From IMG/VR virus record IMGVR_UViG_3300007352_000001, positions 124,001 to 188,000 of that record: a DNA stretch of 64,000 bases; one strand, 5' to 3'. Within the stretch, counting starts at the first letter, position 1. Each line of letters opens with the position of its first letter. The notes beneath the pieces were generated by a model. The model did not search any database, had not been told where the DNA came from, and saw only the letters and a program-made list of their open reading frames with translations. Position numbers and translations under genes: made by a program. Shown here in pieces: positions 17,452 to 27,104 of this stretch.

Positions 17452-18873
17452 GTGGTGGAGGATGGGATGGCCGATGCACCGCAGTATCCGTACGGTCCGC
17501 AGTTCCAAGACAAAGTCCTAGCGCTGATGATCCGCGAGCCGGAGTTCTTGCCGGCGCACGCGGGGATCATCCAGCCGAACTACTTCGACAGCGACATTCA
17601 CTCGTCGATGGCGCGCATTCTCCTCGACTACTACGAGGAGCGCGGGTACCCGCCGGTCGCCGACACGGTGAATATGCTGATCACCAACTACATCGAGGCG
17701 CACAAGGTCGAGAGCAGCCAGGGTCATCTCCTGCGTGATCTAGTGCCGGCGCTGCAGAAGGTCGACCTCGCCAACCGCGTCGACATCATCGAGGCCGTGA
17801 GCAACTTCGGCCGCAGCAAGCAGCTCGAACAGCTCTGCTTCCAGCTGACGCAGCGCTTGGCGAAGGGAGAGAAGCCGGACGACATCTGGGAACACATCGA
17901 CCGCTCGCGGACCACCGGCTCGGCCATCGGGGACATCGGCATGTACCTCGCCGACGCGTTGCCTGGCGCCCCGGAGTTGGTGCACGCCGACAACCTCTAC
18001 AGCGACATCGGGAAGATCTCGACCTACATCGGCCGACTGGACAAGCAGTTCAACAACGGCATGGGCCGCAAAGAGCTGGGCGTCATCATGGGCTACACTG
18101 GCTTCGGCAAGTCGCTGATGCTGGTGAACCTCGGCGCCGCGGCGCTCTTCCAGAAGCTCGGCGTGGTGCACTTGTCGATCGGCGAGCTGGAAGAGATCGA
18201 CCTCCTGGCGCGCTACGCCGCCCGCATCGCTGAGACCTCGATCAAGGACCTCGCGCGCCTCGAACAGGTGTCGGTGGCGCTCTATCAGCGCCGCATTGCC
18301 GAGATCATCCAGCTCTACGGCGGGCGCGGCTACGCCAAGTACTTCTCGCCCGGCACGAAGGTGGCGACGCTGCGTTCGTACCTCTCACGGCTGCGGTCGG
18401 AGAAGCACTTCGAGCCGCACCTTCTGGTGATCGACAACGCCGACGACCTGCGACCGTCCTCGGCCGCGTTTCAGGCCGAGTCGTCCTACGAGCACTTGGG
18501 CCAGGTCTTCATCGAGCTGAAGGCGCTCGCGCACGACTTCAACGTCGCCATCTGGTGCGACAGTCAGACCAACCGTTCTGGCAACAAAACTGACGTCGCT
18601 GACCTCGACGTCATCGCCGACTCGCACAAGAAGGCACGCAAGGCCGACATCGTCATCTCGGTGAACCAGAGCAAGCGCGAGCGCGAGCTGAGCGTGCTGC
18701 GCCTGGCGCTGGTGAAAGCTCGCCGGTACTCGCGCGCCGACTCGATCATCTGGTGCCGCGTCGACTACGAGCGGATGCTGGTCAAGGAGTGCGAGCGCCC
18801 GCCCGATGAGATCCTGAAGGCGCCGGTCGGTGCCCCGATTCCGCCAGAGTTCCTGCCGAACTTCCACCACTGA
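17452..18873 (+). CDS. dnaB: replicative DNA helicase (DnaB/T4 gp41-like)
   Basis: GYTGFGKS, LVIDNAD, SQTNR, ADS..KARKAD, KARRY. Confidence 0.9.
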   Translation: MVEDGMADAPQYPYGPQFQDKVLALMIREPEFLPAHAGIIQPNYFDSDIHSSMARILLDYYEERGYPPVADTVNMLITNYIEAHKVESSQGHLLRDLVPALQKVDLANRVDIIEAVSNFGRSKQLEQLCFQLTQRLAKGEKPDDIWEHIDRSRTTGSAIGDIGMYLADALPGAPELVHADNLYSDIGKISTYIGRLDKQFNNGMGRKELGVIMGYTGFGKSLMLVNLGAAALFQKLGVVHLSIGELEEIDLLARYAARIAETSIKDLARLEQVSVALYQRRIAEIIQLYGGRGYAKYFSPGTKVATLRSYLSRLRSEKHFEPHLLVIDNADDLRPSSAAFQAESSYEHLGQVFIELKALAHDFNVAIWCDSQTNRSGNKTDVADLDVIADSHKKARKADIVISVNQSKRERELSVLRLALVKARRYSRADSIIWCRVDYERMLVKECERPPDEILKAPVGAPIPPEFLPNFHH

Positions 18874-18883
18874 GTTTCGCGTC

Positions 18884-19267
18884 ATGTTTCATGTTTCACG
18901 TGACACGGTACGGATGAACACCGACTGGGGAGTGGGGCGGCGCCGTCGACGGCGCGACGGGCTCTGTCCGAACTGTGCCGAGCGGCCTAACCAATCCAGC
19001 GGCTATTGCAAGCCGTGCAAGGCCGAGTACGCGCGACGGCGCCGCGCGCTCGGGAAGGGGCAGCGCTACGCCACCATGACCGCTGACCAGAAGCTGCGCT
19101 CGCGCGCTCGGGCGTACGCGCGGGTCTACCTGCGCCGCGGCAAGCTGCAGCGTGGCCCCTGCGAGCGCTGTGGTAGCGACCGGGCGCAGATGCACCACCA
19201 CGACTACACGCGCCCTCTGGAAATCTACTGGATTTGCAAGGACTGCAGGGAGGTGCAGGCCGCATGA
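18884..19267 (+). CDS. HNH-like zinc-finger protein
   Basis: CPNC..CKPC and CERCG...HHHDYTRPLEIYWICKDC, a common phage motif. Confidence 0.65.
   Translation: MFHVSRDTVRMNTDWGVGRRRRRRDGLCPNCAERPNQSSGYCKPCKAEYARRRRALGKGQRYATMTADQKLRSRARAYARVYLRRGKLQRGPCERCGSDRAQMHHHDYTRPLEIYWICKDCREVQAA
18892..18907. promoter_or_regulatory. parS-like site
   Basis: TGTTTCACGTGACACG, 14/16 identical to the parS consensus TGTTTCACGTGAAACA. Confidence 0.3.
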
Positions 19268-20259
19268 TGATGGCAGAGAACGTCCTACGGCCGATGCTGT
19301 TCCGACAGCTCGGGGTGGAACTCGACGATGCGATCCAGTCGAACCGCGGAGTCGAGCTGCGCTTCAACTGCCCGTTTTGCGTCGAGCGAGGCGAGCCGCG
19401 ACCCGACAGCAAGTACCGGCTCTACGTGCACGTTGAGGATGATGATCGCTTCGGCGCGTACAACTGTTTCCGCTGCGGCAAGCGCGGCCGACTGGTCGGG
19501 AAGTTCGATCCCAACTGGAAGCCGCGCTGCGGTGGTGTGATCGACGAGGAGGTCGACACCAGCCGCTTCCACGTGAAGAAGCCATCACTGCCTGACCCGG
19601 TGCGGATGGTGGTCGAGCTGCCGAAGGACTACGCGCCGATCCTTCCGACGATGGAGGCCTGCCGCTACATGCTCGGCCGCGGGCTCGCGCTGGAGGACAT
19701 CGACTACTACCAGCTCGGCATCGCCCGCCGCCGCATCGTTTTCCCCGACTACTTGGACGGCAAGCTCGTCTTCTGGGTGTCGCGCAGCTACGTCGACGAG
19801 CATGGACCGAAGTACTTCAACGCGCCCGGAGTGCTCCGCAGTGAGCAGCTCTACAACCTCGGTCGCTGGCGCGCGGAACCTCGCGACCAGGTCGTGATTG
19901 TCGAGGGACCGATCTCCGCGATCGTCGCTGGCCGCGACGCCGTGGCGACCTACGGCAAGCAGATCACGCACGAGCAGATCACCTTGCTGCGCCAGATGGG
20001 CTGTGCGCGGTACTACGTTGCGCTCGACCCTGACGCGAAGGAGAACGCGCTCGGCCTCGCCAAGGCGCTCTACGGCCACGGAGAGGTGTACCTGGTCTCG
20101 ATGCCGAACCGAGAGGATCCGGCGTCACTCGGCCGCGAGCGCTTCCGCACGCACTACTTGCCGGCGGCGCTGCCGTACGACCTCTACAGCAAGGCGACGC
20201 AGATCCAGTACATGCTCGGTGCGACCGCGGTCGCGTCGGTCGTCTCGACCCACGCGTAG
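19264..20259 (+). CDS. DNA primase (Zn finger + TOPRIM)
   Basis: CPFC...CFRCG, IVFP, KYFN, VIVEGPISA, ALDPDA. Confidence 0.88.
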   Translation: MMMAENVLRPMLFRQLGVELDDAIQSNRGVELRFNCPFCVERGEPRPDSKYRLYVHVEDDDRFGAYNCFRCGKRGRLVGKFDPNWKPRCGGVIDEEVDTSRFHVKKPSLPDPVRMVVELPKDYAPILPTMEACRYMLGRGLALEDIDYYQLGIARRRIVFPDYLDGKLVFWVSRSYVDEHGPKYFNAPGVLRSEQLYNLGRWRAEPRDQVVIVEGPISAIVAGRDAVATYGKQITHEQITLLRQMGCARYYVALDPDAKENALGLAKALYGHGEVYLVSMPNREDPASLGRERFRTHYLPAALPYDLYSKATQIQYMLGATAVASVVSTHA

Positions 20260-20268
20260 TCGCATGCA

Positions 20269-20300
20269 CGAACTTTTTTTCACCGCGCGAACTTTTTTCA
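20269..20300 (+). repeat. tandem CGAACTTTTTT(T)CA repeat upstream of the polymerase
   Basis: Two copies in the primase-polymerase intergenic gap. Confidence 0.6.
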
Positions 20301-20354
20301 TCGGCGCGTGGGCCGATTCCTCTTCGAGCGGCATCTATATCGGGTGAGGGTACG

Positions 20355-23300
20355 GTGGAGGTGGCGGTGTTGGTGGAGGGGCAAGGAGCACCCTTGGGGG
20401 TGGGGCCGTTGGCGCCAGGTGGTGGTGCGGTGGATGCGGATGCGTTTCGTGCTGCACGTCCAACGTGGCTTCCGCACGAGATTGAACGAGCATTGCTGTC
20501 GAAGCAGCGGTGTCAGTTCTGCCGTCTCGGGCGGGACAAGCGCACGGGGTTCGTGGCAGTGGCGTCCAACGGCTCCCCCTCTCCTCAGATCCTCATCGTC
20601 GGCGAGGCGCCCGGCGGCGATGAAGACCGACAGGGCATCGCGTTCATCGGACGAGCCGCAGAGCATGGGAAGATGCTCCTGCAAAATGCGGGCGTGCCGT
20701 TGAGTGCAGTCAGATTCACGAATACCACGCGCTGCTTCCCACAGGACGAGCACGGTTCACCACGCGAGCCGAACCTCTTTGAAGAAACGGCCTACTGTCT
20801 TGGGTACTTGTGGGAAGAGATCGACACCGTCCGCCCGAAGGTGATCGTCGCCTTGGGGAGCTACCCGGCGAGCATCCTCACCGGCGAGAAGACCGGCAGC
20901 ATCTCGAAGATGTCGGGGCAGCTACGCACCATCACGGTGCGCGGCCGAGAGTACCCGGTCATCATGTGCGTGCACTTCTCGGCCGACTTGCGCTCGCACT
21001 ACAAGTACTCCAACGCGATCACCGACGCGCTCGACACGGCGTGGAACCTCTGCCGCGAGATCGAGGTGCCGTGCACGACCGAGACGGTGAACGACACCAA
21101 ATCGGCGCTCGCGTTCTTGAACGAGTTGCTCGCCCGGTACGACGCCAAGGAGTTCGAGGCGGTCGCGTACGACTTGGAGTGGGACACTATTCTGCGCATC
21201 GGCAATGAGGCCGAGCGCGAGACGTACACGGACCTCTTCGATCCCGAGAAGAAGATCGTCATGGCGTCCTTCGCGTGGTCGAAGGATCGCGGCACGTCGA
21301 TCGTGCTGCACCACGACGAGAGCAAGGTCGACTGTGCGGTGGTCGAAGCGAAACTCCGCGAGGTCCTCAGCCGCGTTCCGGTGATCGCGCACAACTACCT
21401 CAAAGCCGAGGGGCCGTGGTCGGCGATGAAGCTCGGAGTGACGCCCGAGCTGCACTTCGACACCATGCTCGCGTCGTTCGTGTTGCGCACCAAGACGGCA
21501 AGCCACGGCCTGAAGGTGCAGGCGAGCCGGTGGCTCAAGTGGCCGAACTGGTCGAAGAAGCTCGACGCGGTGGTGGCGAGCCTGCCGGCGGATCGACGCA
21601 GCTACAAGCACGCGCCGCTCGACCTGCTCGGTCGCTACTCGGCCGTCGACCCCGCGGCGACTTGGGGACTCTACGAGGTCTACAACGAGCACCTCGCCGA
21701 AGCCGACCGTCTGCTGCAGCCGCTCGATCTGCTGCACCGAGCGTCGCGCACGTTCATGAGCGTCGAGCTGCGTGGCGCGTTCATCGACCTCGACGAGCAC
21801 GAGCGGCTGAAGCGCGACTACCCCGAACTCTTGAAAACCCAGATGAAACTGTTGGCCTCGTACCCGCAGGTCAAGCGCTTCGTAGACCGCCGGCAGGCGG
21901 ACATCGACAAGGCGATCGAGGGAACCAAACGCCGTCGCACACTCTTCGCGTTCAACCCCGGCTCGAACGAGCACGTCGGTGACGTGATCTACGGCGAGTT
22001 CCAGGCGCCGATCCCACAGCCGACGAAGAAGGAGCGCAAGAAGGTCGAGAAGGTGATCGGCTCTTCGCTCGACGCTGGCGATCAGATGATCACCACGCCG
22101 CTGCGTGTGCCGAAGCTCCCAGACTCAATCTGGATCGGCCCGCCCGACGGCTCGGTCGAGACCGCCGAGCGCGTGAAGATCGACAAGCAAAACTCTGGGG
22201 ACGGCATCACGCGCTTCCGCGCGCCGGTGCGATTCGCTCACCCGAGCCCGTTCTGGGTGTACCTCGGCCAACCGTCGACTTCGGATCTCTCGTTGCAGTG
22301 GTTGATGCGTGAGACACGCTGCAAGCCGTGCAAGGGCAGCGGCGAAGAGCAGGACGGGACGTGCCCGTCGTGTGGTGGGAGTGGGCGCCGCGGCGATCGC
22401 CGAATGCTCGCGAAGTTCCTGCAAGCCCACCGCGACTACAAGAAGATCGGCAAGATCAACGATGCCTACGTGCAGGCACTGCCGAAGTTCATCGTGCCGA
22501 ACACCAACCAGCTGGTGTTCAACTACCTCTTGCACGGCACAGACACGGGCCGTCTCGCCGCGCGCAACTTCGCGGTGCAGACCGTGCCGGCAAAGTCCGA
22601 CATCCGCCGGCTGTTCGTTTCGCAGTGGAAGGATCGCGGCGGGCTGATCGTCGGCATGGACCAGTCGCAGGTCGAAATGCGCGTCATGGCCTCGATTGCG
22701 CAGGACGACCGCTTCATCTCGTTCTTCTTCACCTGCTCGAACTTGGCGTGTGGGTACGTCGGCTCGCCGGCTGATTGCGGGACCTGCCCGAAGTGCGGCG
22801 CGAAGCTCGGCGGCGACATGCACCGGCAGGTCGCGTCCCAGGTGTTCCGTAAGGACCCGAAGGACGTCACTGATGGGGAGCGCAGCTCGGCCAAGACGAT
22901 CGGCTTCGGCATCCTCTACGGCCGCGGCCCGGCCTCGATCGCCGTCGCGACCGACAACACGATCGCGCAAGCCGAGGCGATGATCCGCGACTTCTTCGGG
23001 CAGTTCCCCGGCGTCGAGGCCTGGGTGAAGGCGCGCCATCAGGACTGTCTCGACTTCGGATACGTCATGTCGGCGTGCGGCCGGCGGTTGTGGCTCGAAG
23101 GGGCGGTCTGGAAGGACGGCGAACTGCAGCGCGACCGGCACGGCAAGATCGTTTATGTCAGCGACCAGTCGCTCGCGGGCGCGCAGCGCAAGTCGCAGAA
23201 CTACCCGATCCAGAGCGCGGCGTCGGACTTGACGCTCGAAGGCTTCCTGAATGCGTACGACGCGTTGGTCGCCGGCAACTTCCAGTCGCGACCGTGGGAG

Positions 23301-23687
23301 ACGACGCACGACTCGATCGAACTCGACGTCTACCCCGGCGAGTTGCTGTCCGTGATCAAGACGGTGCGCGAGGCGATGACGACCCAAGTGCACCAGACCG
23401 CGCCGTGGCTGCGCGTCCCGCTGGAGATGGACGTCGAGATCGGCGTGCGGTGGGACGGTGCGGTGAAGTGCAAGTGGATCAACGAGCAGACCAACACGAT
23501 GCGGGTCGTCGGCAAGAAGCTCTTCTACGACGACCTCGTCGAGCAGCTGCGCAAGGTCCACCAGGTTGATGAAGAGATCCTAAAGACGTTCGACGACCCA
23601 GAAGAGTTGAAGGGCGGTATCCGCAAGACCTACCAAGGTCGCAATGGCGGACTGCCGATGATCGACGCGCAGCTCACGATCCACTGA
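20355..23687 (+). CDS. polA: family A DNA polymerase with N-terminal family-4 uracil-DNA glycosylase domain and 3'-5' exonuclease
   Basis: UDG: IVGEAPGGDED..G..F.G, NTTRCFP; exo: DLE, YSAVD; pol: TGRL, DQSQVEMR, RSSAKTIGFGILYG, THDSI. Confidence 0.93.
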   Translation: MEVAVLVEGQGAPLGVGPLAPGGGAVDADAFRAARPTWLPHEIERALLSKQRCQFCRLGRDKRTGFVAVASNGSPSPQILIVGEAPGGDEDRQGIAFIGRAAEHGKMLLQNAGVPLSAVRFTNTTRCFPQDEHGSPREPNLFEETAYCLGYLWEEIDTVRPKVIVALGSYPASILTGEKTGSISKMSGQLRTITVRGREYPVIMCVHFSADLRSHYKYSNAITDALDTAWNLCREIEVPCTTETVNDTKSALAFLNELLARYDAKEFEAVAYDLEWDTILRIGNEAERETYTDLFDPEKKIVMASFAWSKDRGTSIVLHHDESKVDCAVVEAKLREVLSRVPVIAHNYLKAEGPWSAMKLGVTPELHFDTMLASFVLRTKTASHGLKVQASRWLKWPNWSKKLDAVVASLPADRRSYKHAPLDLLGRYSAVDPAATWGLYEVYNEHLAEADRLLQPLDLLHRASRTFMSVELRGAFIDLDEHERLKRDYPELLKTQMKLLASYPQVKRFVDRRQADIDKAIEGTKRRRTLFAFNPGSNEHVGDVIYGEFQAPIPQPTKKERKKVEKVIGSSLDAGDQMITTPLRVPKLPDSIWIGPPDGSVETAERVKIDKQNSGDGITRFRAPVRFAHPSPFWVYLGQPSTSDLSLQWLMRETRCKPCKGSGEEQDGTCPSCGGSGRRGDRRMLAKFLQAHRDYKKIGKINDAYVQALPKFIVPNTNQLVFNYLLHGTDTGRLAARNFAVQTVPAKSDIRRLFVSQWKDRGGLIVGMDQSQVEMRVMASIAQDDRFISFFFTCSNLACGYVGSPADCGTCPKCGAKLGGDMHRQVASQVFRKDPKDVTDGERSSAKTIGFGILYGRGPASIAVATDNTIAQAEAMIRDFFGQFPGVEAWVKARHQDCLDFGYVMSACGRRLWLEGAVWKDGELQRDRHGKIVYVSDQSLAGAQRKSQNYPIQSAASDLTLEGFLNAYDALVAGNFQSRPWETTHDSIELDVYPGELLSVIKTVREAMTTQVHQTAPWLRVPLEMDVEIGVRWDGAVKCKWINEQTNTMRVVGKKLFYDDLVEQLRKVHQVDEEILKTFDDPEELKGGIRKTYQGRNGGLPMIDAQLTIH

Positions 23688-23713
23688 ACAAACCAAGCGC
23701 GAAGGGCGTGAAG

Positions 23714-23728
23714 TAAAAATACTCAGAG
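23714..23728 (+). promoter_or_regulatory. TAAAAATACTCAGAG motif, candidate phage promoter
   Basis: Same core as the two copies at 7843/7980 in the opposite orientation; 12 nt before an ATG. Confidence 0.5.
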
Positions 23729-23740
23729 GATCCGTGGAGC

Positions 23741-24244
23741 ATGGCGCACTACCCAGTGAACGCGGAGCGGCTCAAGCGCTTCAAGACCTTCCATAAGGAC
23801 CTGCTCGAAGAGGTGAACGAGTGGTTGTCCGAACCGCTGCTCCGTGAGCTGCTGTCGGACGACGACCGTGAACGCTTCCGCTGGCTCCTCGTGGCGATGC
23901 GCGCCACGGACGCCACCTTGGACGACGACTTGAATGTCCAAGGTGACCTGGAAGTCGTGATCGCTTGGCTGCGCCCCAAAGTCGAGGAGGCCTACGCCAG
24001 AGAACAACAGTCACTAAAGGAGTGTGAGGGGAACATCCGGAAGCGGGCTCGTGACACGAGCAAGCCGGAATGGGTGGCGGACGCGACGGTGGAGGCGGAT
24101 CCGGAGGTCGTGCGGAAGCGAGACCGTGTGATCACGTACCGACGGCTCTACTCCATGCTCGACACCTTGAGCTACTCGCTCAAGCATCGAGCCGAAGTCC
24201 TTGGCCACCTCGTCCGGCGCGGCAACGAGTCCCGCCACACGTAA
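23741..24244 (+). CDS. UvsY-like recombination mediator
   Basis: Helical C-terminus ..VEADPEV...Y..L..L...LK.R; position just before the gp32-like SSB. Confidence 0.5.
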   Translation: MAHYPVNAERLKRFKTFHKDLLEEVNEWLSEPLLRELLSDDDRERFRWLLVAMRATDATLDDDLNVQGDLEVVIAWLRPKVEEAYAREQQSLKECEGNIRKRARDTSKPEWVADATVEADPEVVRKRDRVITYRRLYSMLDTLSYSLKHRAEVLGHLVRRGNESRHT

Positions 24245-24299
24245 CACCACACCACAGGCTCCGTGTGGAGCCAAGCAACACACAGACGAGGAGTCAGCC

Positions 24300-25571
24300 A
24301 TGGCATGGCAAGTCAACCGTGAGAAGGCAGCCGAACGCGCCCAGGAGATCGAGCAACGGCAAGATCGAGCGGGTGGCAAGATCCGGTGGTTCAAGTGGCA
24401 GACCGGGCAGCCGGGCAATCTGATCCGCTTCATGCCGCCGGGGCCGGACGAGAACAAGCCGCCGTACATCCCCGACGCCGAGTTCGCGATGATCGTGTAC
24501 TCGCACAAGCGCGTGCCCGGTCTCGACAAGGACACGAACTTCCGCTGCGTCGGGAAGACCTACCCGTCGCAGGGGCCGTGCCCGAAGGAGATCTGCATGT
24601 GCGCGGCGATGCAGAATCTCAAGGATTTCATCGGGCAGAACAAGGAGCGCGAGGATCGCATCCTCGGCACCGGCCAGAACAAGTACTACCTCTCGAAGCA
24701 GTTCTGGACCAACTGCATCAACCGCAAGTCGATGCGCGTGCTCGACACGGCAAGCAACGAGGTCACTGAGCTGGTCGCGGGGCAGCAGCCGACGGACACA
24801 CAGGTGTTCGCGCCCGAGCTGATCGCACTGCCCGAGACTGTCTACAAGTGGGCGCTCACTAACCTCGACGTCGTCGGTGACTTCACCGATCCCAACACCG
24901 GGATGGACGCCTTCATCCTGCGCACCGGGACTGGCCGCGATACCAAGTACCAGACGATGACGCTGGTGCCGGATCGTCGGCCGATCGACGTCCCTGGCAA
25001 GATTCAGATGACGCTCGACGCGATGTACAACGTCGCTGACATCTTCAAGTACCCGGACGCGGCGACGATCGACAAGATGCAGGCGCACGTGCGCACGGTC
25101 GAACAGTTCCTCGGTCGCTCGCGCACCGACATGCCGATGACCGAGGGCTCGCAGCAGGCGGCGACCAACGGCATGGCGATGGGCGCCGGCCATCAGGCGG
25201 CGCAGGCGGTCGCCCCAGCAACTGCACAGATGCAGCCTGTGATGCAGCCTGCCCAGGCTACGGCCACGCCGGTGCAACAGCCGGTCCAGCAGCAGCCGGT
25301 GCAACAAGTTGCCCAACCGGCCCAGACGACGGCGCCAGCACAGACCACAGCACCGGGCACGATGAAGGTGAAAGACCAGATCGCTGGCATGCTGCAGGCG
25401 GCGCTCTCTGGTGAGGAGCCTGACTGCTACTTCCACCAAGTCATCGGGTGGAAGAAGTGCCAACTGTGTCCGTGGGAGGCGCCGTGCATGGACGCGACGC
25501 AGCGCGCGGAGAGCACCACGCCGCCGCTCGTCACGTTGGAGACGCGCAAGCGCATCCACGGCATCGCGTGA
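24300..25571 (+). CDS. single-stranded DNA-binding protein (T4 gp32-like) with Gln/Pro/Ala-rich tail
   Basis: IRFMPP, H...C..CP..IC zinc site, FTDPNTG, GTGRDTKY. Confidence 0.75.
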   Translation: MAWQVNREKAAERAQEIEQRQDRAGGKIRWFKWQTGQPGNLIRFMPPGPDENKPPYIPDAEFAMIVYSHKRVPGLDKDTNFRCVGKTYPSQGPCPKEICMCAAMQNLKDFIGQNKEREDRILGTGQNKYYLSKQFWTNCINRKSMRVLDTASNEVTELVAGQQPTDTQVFAPELIALPETVYKWALTNLDVVGDFTDPNTGMDAFILRTGTGRDTKYQTMTLVPDRRPIDVPGKIQMTLDAMYNVADIFKYPDAATIDKMQAHVRTVEQFLGRSRTDMPMTEGSQQAATNGMAMGAGHQAAQAVAPATAQMQPVMQPAQATATPVQQPVQQQPVQQVAQPAQTTAPAQTTAPGTMKVKDQIAGMLQAALSGEEPDCYFHQVIGWKKCQLCPWEAPCMDATQRAESTTPPLVTLETRKRIHGIA

Positions 25572-25574
25572 ACC

Positions 25575-26150
25575 ATGGAACAGTTCTGGGTACCGTTCCT
25601 CGGGGTACCTGAGAAGGTCCCCGAGGGATGGTGTCACTCCGGATGCGGTGGGAAAGTGAAAGAGGGAAACCATTATTGCCACGGCGGTTGCGCGAAACGA
25701 ATGCGAGTAATCTTCAAGTTCATCGAAGAGACCGGATGCCTTGAGGGGACGCGCGAACCTAGCACGTCTCAGGGTTACATGAAGGCGCCTGGCGGAAAGT
25801 ATCTCCACCACGTGGTGGCTGTGCATCACTACGGTGAGTTACCGCCAGGGTACGAGTGGGATCACTATTGTCAGAACCCGCGATGTGCGCGGCCTGATCC
25901 GGCTCATGTTCGGCCGCTTACGATGATCGAGAACAGAGGTCGCGTCCGCCCGCGGCGCATGCTCACTCAAGAGGAGATCGAAGAGATCAGGAATGACCCG
26001 CGCGGCGTCAGCGCAGCGGCCAAGCGGTTCGGCATTCAACTCTCGACCGCAAAACGAATCCGCGAACCTGGGTACTGTCCACCTTCGGACCGACCAGCTG
26101 GTGGGCGATTCAGTGGTCGACTCAAGTATCACCCCAACCTGCGCCCATGA
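25575..26150 (+). CDS. HNH homing-endonuclease-like protein with C-terminal HTH
   Basis: LHHVVA...G..P.G..DH.C.NPRC..P.H.......EN. Confidence 0.8.
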   Translation: MEQFWVPFLGVPEKVPEGWCHSGCGGKVKEGNHYCHGGCAKRMRVIFKFIEETGCLEGTREPSTSQGYMKAPGGKYLHHVVAVHHYGELPPGYEWDHYCQNPRCARPDPAHVRPLTMIENRGRVRPRRMLTQEEIEEIRNDPRGVSAAAKRFGIQLSTAKRIREPGYCPPSDRPAGGRFSGRLKYHPNLRP

Positions 26151-27094
26151 TGCCGTCGTTGCTCATCGTTGACGCGAACCACACCTTGCACCGGGTGATG
26201 AAGCAGCCGTCTGTCGCCGAGCTGAAGATGGGCGGCGTGTTCGGCTTCTTGCGCACGCTGCACCAAGTGCTTGGCCGGTATCCGTTCCGGCAGGTGGTCG
26301 CGTGTTGGGACGGTGGGCTCTCCACACGACGGCGTGCGCTGTGCCCAGAGTACAAGCAGCACCGAGATCCGCCCGAGCCAGGCTACCGAGAACGGTTCAA
26401 CCTGAATCGGGCGTATCTCTCCCAGCTCTTCGCGTTGCTGGGTGTTGGCGAGCTGCGCTTCGAGCGCCGTGAAGCCGACGACGTCATTCATCGGCTCCGA
26501 GAGCGCGTGCGGCTCCTGGATCCGACCGTGGCGGCAGTAGTGATCTCTGAGGACCGTGACTTCTTCCAGCTCGTGGACGAGGTCACGGCCCTCTACCTGC
26601 CGCGCAAGGACCGGTACGTCACTGTCAACTGCTTCGAGGAGCTGGCCGGCGTGCCGCGCGACCGGTTCCTGCTCTGCAAGTCAATCCTCGGGGATCGTGG
26701 AGACAACATCAGCGGCATCCCCGGCGTCGGGGAGGTGACCGCAAAGAAGATCGCGAACGCTGCCCCAGTCGCTGACGGTGCGCTGCTCGAAGAGCGGTGG
26801 GAACCGGTGCGCCAGTTCTGCGTCGAGTCGACCGACAAGCGGGTACGCAAGGCGAGCACGGCGTGGAACGTCGTTTATCGTAACTACCAGCTTGTGGCAC
26901 TCGACCTCGAACCGTTCACGCCACAGGAGTTGCTCGACATCGACGCGCTGATCACCGCGCCGCCAGAGGTCAATCTCGAAGGGGCTCGCTCATTGCTGAG
27001 CGCGATGGAGTTCCGCTCGATCATTGCCACGTTTGGTGACTGGGCCGAGCCGTTCAAGCGTCTGCGATCCGGGCCGTGCATCGTGACGTCGTGA
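26147..27094 (+). CDS. 5'-3' exonuclease / flap endonuclease (T4 RNase H-like)
   Basis: IVDAN, WDGG, EADDVI, SEDRDF, GDRGDNISGIPGVG.VTA. Confidence 0.92.
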   Translation: MMPSLLIVDANHTLHRVMKQPSVAELKMGGVFGFLRTLHQVLGRYPFRQVVACWDGGLSTRRRALCPEYKQHRDPPEPGYRERFNLNRAYLSQLFALLGVGELRFERREADDVIHRLRERVRLLDPTVAAVVISEDRDFFQLVDEVTALYLPRKDRYVTVNCFEELAGVPRDRFLLCKSILGDRGDNISGIPGVGEVTAKKIANAAPVADGALLEERWEPVRQFCVESTDKRVRKASTAWNVVYRNYQLVALDLEPFTPQELLDIDALITAPPEVNLEGARSLLSAMEFRSIIATFGDWAEPFKRLRSGPCIVTS

Positions 27095-27104
27095 AGGTGT
27101 GGGG

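Noticed and set aside
21900-22830. Intein in the DNA polymerase
   Set aside because: Insertions lack intein splicing (C1...HN-C/S/T) and LAGLIDADG motifs
22125-23561. 478-aa minus-strand ORF
   Set aside because: Shadow of the DNA polymerase
25180-25370. CAG-rich repeats in the SSB tail
   Set aside because: Low-complexity Gln/Pro/Ala protein linker, not a DNA repeat element
24294-25829. 511-aa minus-strand ORF
   Set aside because: Shadow of the SSB and HNH genes
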